In this document: positions 58,794 to 64,000 of the stretch, piece after piece | How the letters are laid out: every line of letters starts with the position of its first letter | Numbering within the stretch: the stretch's first letter is position 1 | Source: Eledone cirrhosa | Taxonomy: Eukaryota | Direction of reading: 5' to 3' | Length of the DNA stretch: 64,000 nt | Assembly: GCA_964016885.1 (NCBI GenBank) | Contig: OZ024740.1 | Span: 121,830,001-121,894,000, forward strand | The notes under the pieces: model-generated | Told to the model about the DNA's origin: nothing | Seen by the model: the letters and a program-made list of their open reading frames with translations, nothing else | Database searches by the model: none | Program-made: the position numbers and the translations under genes

Positions 58794-60001
58794 AACTCTA
58801 ACAAGTCCTACATCGGATTAACCGCCTACGATTTTAAGACACGGTATTACCATCACCAAGGTACATTTAGAAACCCGGTCCGGCGACACGCAAGAGCTCT
58901 TTCTGGCCATTTTTGGGACCTCCAAGACAATAACATCACCTACCATCTAAGTTGGAGCATACTTTCCAACGCACACTCTTACTCGGGAGAACGCCGCCCG
59001 TGTAAGTTATGCTCGGAGGAAACGATCCAAATGCTGCCTGCAAAGGACCAACAGTTAAACAAAGAAGATGAACTTGTTACCTCATCTAAACACTTAATGC
59101 GTAGGACATGCCTTACCTTCAAACCCCTCACGACCCGGGTGGGTAGACCTCGGCTGTAACTTTTTTTCCTACATGCAGACTAAGATAGAGGAAACCGCAA
59201 GCATACTTAGGTAAAAGTAGAGATTTTTCTTTTTTCTTTTCTTTTACTTCTCTTACTTTCCTTTTTTCTCCATTTGTTACACACTCTAATTACACATAGG
59301 CGGATCAACGCTTATCTACACGCTTATATTCGGCTTCATTCTTCCTTAGATTAACCCTAGTATTTCCACTCCTGTTAAATATGCATAGCACCGGCTGAAC
59401 ATATAGCCAGTGTTTTCTCTTTTTTATTGGGGGAGGGGGGGGGGCATAATTACGGACAATAATTTTGATAAATTAATACTTTGAGATGCTGTTCTAGTGT
59501 ATTGACAAACTAAGAGCTGAATTTTATTAATTTGGAATTTTGTATTAAATTATATCTGCTTTGCCCCCTAGCCAGCGCCTGACCTATTAATTCTACGATA
59601 TTCCTTGTTTATCATAGGTTAACAAGCCCTTTAGAGATAGCTGTATAGAACTCTCTCTTAACGCATGACCGGCCTGCATCCACAGGCCAGATTGTCATCT
59701 TACCTCCCTCCCCTTGTTCTACAGGCAAGTTCAACGTCCCCCACCACAATCCACCGCTATGAAGGACTTTAACTATGTTTACAAAACCTTTGACCACACC
59801 CCCGTAACAGAATTGAAAAACAACAACTTTTAGAATTGTTTGAAACGATATTATTGCTACGCTCTCATTGCATGCCCATATATGGAATTACCCCTTGCAA
59901 AGTTCAGCTAGACGACTGCCGTCCTAACACTACTGCGTTAGTTCAGACCTAGCTGTCGAAACGGCCGGAGCTCAGCCGTCGGGGTCCTGACTCTTTTCCT
60001 A
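58794..60001 (+). mobile_element. PLE family B-related 3' fragment (GIY-YIG + pLTR)
   Basis: SYIGLTAYDFKTRYYHHQGTFRNP...CKLCSEET; homologous to 12260-12620. Confidence 0.82.
59890..59985 (+). ncRNA. Hammerhead motif, family B relative (core TTGCAAA)
   Basis: ACCCC-TTGCAAA-G..CAGCTA...TAGCTG.C-GAAA-CGGC..GCCG-TC-GGGGT. Confidence 0.6.
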
Positions 60002-63000
60002 TATATATATATAATTGTGAATGCCTTTCCTTGGGGTGGGGATCAGGAAGAGCAACAGTTACATGCGTTATCTCAATATATTAGTAGAGGAATTAGGTAA
60101 TTATCTCATATAGAAATGGCATCTTGAGGACAAGGATTACTTCTTTCGTTTGAAATCATGCTGAATGTCGGATAAGTTTAATTGGAAACGATAAATATCA
60201 TTGGGGGGGGGGGGTAGGAGGAGAGTGAACATGACCAAAGGGATGGAGGCAAGAAAAAATGGAAACGGAAGAGAGAAAGAGAACGCAGTGTGGGAGAAGG
60301 AGAAGGAATGTTGCACTTAGGAGTAGGGGCGGTATAGTAGGGGGGATGCAGATTATTTAACAATTATGTTTGGTTTAGACTTTTGCTTATTGATAAAACA
60401 GAGTGGCAATTTAGACAATCTGATTTTAGAGATAGCGGCAGGAAATCTGTTCACAGTGAGGTGCATACTTATTTTATTACTTATAGAATAATAGCACTGG
60501 ATTGGCAGTATCTGTAGAGAGTCAGATAACATGCTTCGCGGTGTATAGTCACTGATGTTTACGTTCCTAGTTCAAATACCGGTAAGTTAGCTTTGCGTGT
60601 CATCCTTACACAGACAATTAAAGAAAGTACCTGTAACGCACTGGGTTCAATTTAAATGACTTACTTCTCCCCCGAATATCCTGGCGTTGTACCTTAATAA
60701 TGAACCTATTTTAAATGGGCTATAAACACCACGCACGCGGTAAGTGTTTCATGATTATATATTCATGCACATACTTCACGCACATACAACGACACAGATT
60801 AATCTTGTAATGGTCCCCACCACCAAACGCTGACATTACCAAACCCATCTACAACCACACTCTACAGCTTTATCACCCATACACAAACAACTAAAACCAG
60901 TAACTACTAACAACGCTGATAGTCACTACTTTCACCACTTTATACCCAATACACTCACACACACCCACGCTGCTACCACAGCTCCCTCCCAAATCACTTC
61001 CATTTTGTGTGCACCACATCTCTCTTCCCCTCTTGACCACCCACAGTTACCCTCATGCTCACACTCCCACCCAGAAAATATATCTGTTACGACAATAGGC
61101 TGTTATAAACACAAGTATGGAGACATATAGACAGACACTGACCTAGGAACACGTACACACATATATATAAACTAGAAAAAGACACACACACAAACACACA
61201 CACGCCTACAAACACACACACACGCTCAACCTGTCCAACAACACACACACGCACAACTGAAGTTGAAGAATTTCTCTGTCCAAACAAGTTTCCACAAGTA
61301 TGGTTTGTTAATTTGTTGTGGAACTGTATAAGTGGCTGTGGTCTTCTGTATACATGGGGAACAACGTTTTAAAATCTATTCTCGCTTTGCATTTTGATAA
61401 ATACTTTTTCTAAATATTCTTTGGTACATAAATTGCAAGTTTATTCCCACGAATACATGAATTTTATTATTTTACTATCGTCATTGTGAAAGATATAGAT
61501 CTGAGTACCACATACTGTTCAATTATGTGTATATCATCGTTACTAATGTGTGTCACTCTGCATGTTGGATCACATGGCACCCTAAAGTACGTCACAAAGA
61601 AGACTTACCTGCACACTTTTGTAAGATAAGCAAATCAATTTCTGGTTTGATAAAGCATTAGTAGCAGCAACATCAGTAACACATTTTTGCCAATGGATAT
61701 TTTTCCTAATAAGTGGTTGTACTCGGACACGATTTGACTACACCGATTTTGTGGCATGCTTTGTTTTAATAACAAGTATATCAGAACGGCGAGATGTTTT
61801 ACACTATTCCTCAATTCTTCTACTTAACTAGTTTGAATCATATTCGATAACTTGGCATTCCATTCGAGCAGTTTTATATTTCTATTGATCTGAAAATAAA
61901 AGAACACAAGAAATGGAGGTAATTGCATATATCGTACTTAGAAATGCCATTATTCTTCATAATGAATGTACTGTAGTGTTAAGTTCATACCAAACGAAGA
62001 CTACGAAATGACGTCGATTCTCAGTTGGAAATATGTCCCTGAAGCTACTAATATAATTTTGGATTCAGCGATGAATGTTCTAAGTAACTATACTATAGGT
62101 AAAGATGAAATTTTGTTTATCAGTACATCTTGTTTTTGAATACTTTTTAGTGTATTTAAGAAAGCAGGTCAGTTTTTGTTTTGGGTTTCATAATTCACGT
62201 GGCTCGGTTGCATGCTGTTATTTACATGTGATATTGTGTCACTTAATTTGTATAAATTCTTTTATCTTGGAATCTATTTGGAGAATTATATTAACACGAT
62301 AAATTCTACTGTATTTTGTTTGCCGTATCCTTAAATCCAGATAATGTGTCGTAATCCAGTATATTGCAGGAATTGGATATTTTTGCTGATTACAAAAAAT
62401 CAATTTGTATCTATAAAGTCTATCAATATTGATTAATTATATCCTAATATTAAACTTATAAAAATATTCTGAACACATTGAAAAAGGTTTAATGATTTCT
62501 AATTTTTCACTCATTTTCATCATGATTAACACCCTCTTCACCACCAGCATCATCCTCTCCACCTCCAACTTCTACACCAGCACCACCACTATCAACACCC
62601 TCAGAACAACCGCAATCATCACAATTTCCATCATTACTGTATGATTATCATCCACTGCATGAATAAAATTAGAAGCTAAAACATCAAAGTAGTAATGTTC
62701 ATATTTTCTTTTCGGAAATTGATATTAGTATTTTATATTTGATAAAAAGTATCAGTTGTTCTTTTTTATGATTTACCCAAGCAATTGAAGGAGTGTAAGT
62801 GTGATCGGGACAAATATGAATGTATTTTAATGTGAAACAGACCATTGTGTAACATCTAACATATTTTCTTATGTTTCATAGGAATAGAACTTATAAAACG
62901 CAAAACATTAATAGGCTTTACAATATTAATAGGAAGTTTCTACATGGCTGTTTGATTAACCAATCCCTCGCATCAGGTTGGTCCCTTTTAAATCTATTGA

Positions 63001-64000
63001 TAATTTATTTGGTCATTGATATGTAAACAAAATGGGATAGTCTCGGTCAAAATGTATTTTGTCATAAACTCGGCGTGATTAATTTTGACTCAGTGATAAA
63101 GAACACAAAATATAAACTTAAGAGCAAATGAATTTTAAACGAAAGTAGATATAAGAAAAATAATTCGGCTTTGTATAACGTGAGTGTTAAATCATAGTAG
63201 GATTATAGTGATGGCGATGCATTTCCCGACGTGAAACAATGCGAGAGTATGATGTCTCGGTATTTTGAACATTCATAATGGATGCAGTCTCTTTTAAAAT
63301 GATATCCAGTGAAGTAACATTAAAATATATATCATAAAGCTATTTACAAATGTATCATCACCATCGGCATTGGTAAAAGAAACAAAAATGTAGAAAATAA
63401 AATATACTTCTACGTGGATTCTTCGCCTGATAGACGTAACAGCCAAAACTTATTCATGACAGAGAAAAAGTAGTGCAGAGCAATACTGTTTCAAATGCAC
63501 TGGGCTATGAGTAGAAACGAAAGATCTAACAATAGATACGCATAAGCTATACTTAATGAGAAGTCGCAACTCAATAAATAAAGACATACATAGCTTACGC
63601 AATACCAGGCAGTATAACGTATCATGTTCAGTGCTAAAAACTCATGCAATTCCTTCCCAATAATATAATGCGACCAACACAACCATACACAAAACTTATA
63701 TATCTATATAATGACAATCAAACAGTAAGTCACAATTAACACAACACATAGAAATCATATCACAACGCAACCAAACACAAAATATTTAGCAGAAAACCAT
63801 AGTAGTATGTCTGCAACAGAAAACTTTGCACACACTGGCACATACAGATACACATCCATACCCACGTGCATACACATTCACACACGCATGCACTTTGACA
63901 ACATTGATGTGCATCAACTTGTATAATAAGCAGAAGAATATCACATGGGATTGTTGAAAATATAATGATGATAATAATAACAATAATGAAAAAGTTTAAA

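Larger units (their letters stand above)
56098..58795. repeat. Local tandem duplication (copy 1 ~56098-57185, copy 2 ~57262-58795) with copy-specific insertions
   Basis: 56100-56260 matches 57265-57420, 56370-56578 matches 58469-58678, and 57089-57184 matches 58697-58793. Confidence 0.8.

Overview
This is a repeat-dense, AT-rich eukaryotic (animal) region. The SINE style and (TA)n/(CA)n load suggest a mollusc, probably a cephalopod (inference). No host protein-coding gene is confidently seen, and most listed ORFs are microsatellite artefacts. The window is a nest of mobile elements, most lodged in (TA)n tracts: a near-full-length Penelope-like retroelement (RT + GIY-YIG, 21.9-26.2 kb), many truncated Penelope-like (PLE) copies with inverted ends, a decayed autonomous Helitron, a complete non-autonomous Helitron, a decayed APE-RT LINE, an Hsmar2-like mariner remnant and tRNA-derived SINEs. 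The main hidden signal is RNA-level: about 20 hammerhead ribozyme (HHR) motifs from roughly 8-10 unrelated families, read by eye. They include two non-coding tandem units of 490 and 424 nt, each carrying one HHR (retrozyme-like, predicted circular RNAs). Two families carry a compensatory U3-A8 catalytic core, and several show stem covariation. There is also a reciprocal chimera of two PLE families around an ~8 kb segment. All alignments and folds were done by eye, so boundaries are approximate.
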